Assembly: GCA_963805085.1 (NCBI GenBank)
Contig: CAWDTA010000004.1
Span: forward strand, 1-64,000
Length of the DNA: 64,000 bases
Source of the DNA: an uncultured Veillonellaceae bacterium
GTDB lineage: Bacteria; Bacillota; Negativicutes; JARBTT01
Direction of reading: 5' to 3'
In this document: piece by piece, positions 63,680 through 64,000 of the stretch
Layout: each line of letters opens with the position of its first letter
How positions within the stretch are numbered: position 1 is the stretch's first letter
Program-made: the position numbers and the translations under genes
The notes under the pieces: model-generated
The model's input: the letters and a program-made list of their open reading frames with translations, nothing else
The model's database searches: none
Told to the model about the DNA's origin: nothing

Positions 63680-64000
63680 TTACTTAACTAATTTCTTTTT
63701 GCCACCAACAGCTCTTTTTGGACCTTTACGAGTACGAGCGTTAGTCTTAGTTTTTTGACCTCTAACTGGTAGACCCATACGATGTCTTCTACCACGGTAG
63801 CAGCCAATTTCAACTAAGCGTTTAATATTTAGAGATACTTCACGACGTAAGTCGCCTTCTACTCTATAGTTTTTATCAATAGCCTCACGAAGTTTTGCAA
63901 CTTCTTCTTCAGTTAAATCGCGAGTACGAGTATCAGGACTGATACCAGTAGCTGCTAAAATAGCTTGGGAAGTAGTAAGACCAATACCAAAGATGTATGT
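63680..64000 (-). CDS. rpsM: 30S ribosomal protein S13 (5' end outside the window)
   Basis: Minus strand reads [28 protein letters not shown]. Confidence 0.97.
   Translation of the reverse strand, partial: TYIFGIGLTTSQAILAATGISPDTRTRDLTEEEVAKLREAIDKNYRVEGDLRREVSLNIKRLVEIGCYRGRRHRMGLPVRGQKTKTNARTRKGPKRAVGGKKKLVK

Overview
Low-GC diderm Firmicute DNA, probably Negativicutes (Firmicute-type ribosomal, ECF and arg genes together with a TonB-dependent receptor). The right half (34.8-64 kb) is ordinary core genome: argCJBDFGH, a Fur-boxed TonB/ABC uptake operon, cell-wall enzymes, a DASS transporter and rpsM-rpsK-rpsD-rpoA-rplQ-ecfAAT-truA-rplM-rpsI. The left half (1-34.8 kb), downstream of argH, is a variable region made of short gene modules and many pseudogenes. 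Read by eye, it shows four hidden layers. (1) A family of about 24-30 bp REP-like hairpin sites, GACAAAAG(T/A)AC(G/C)(C/T)GTC(A/C)CYYTGTC, lies at module junctions and at gene truncation points, with a truncated RAYT/TnpA-REP-type HUH nuclease gene beside one of them. (2) An ORF-less group II intron has its two ends splitting one such site exactly and encloses a 6-kb sugar-utilisation locus. (3) Four copies of an unannotated type I toxin-antitoxin module encode a 23-aa hydrophobic peptide and a convergent antisense RNA. (4) There are repeated, diverged copies of the argH 3' end and terminator, and two copies of nudC. A C4/CI-like antisense RNA module is also present. All alignments and family assignments were made by eye or from memory; no searches were run.
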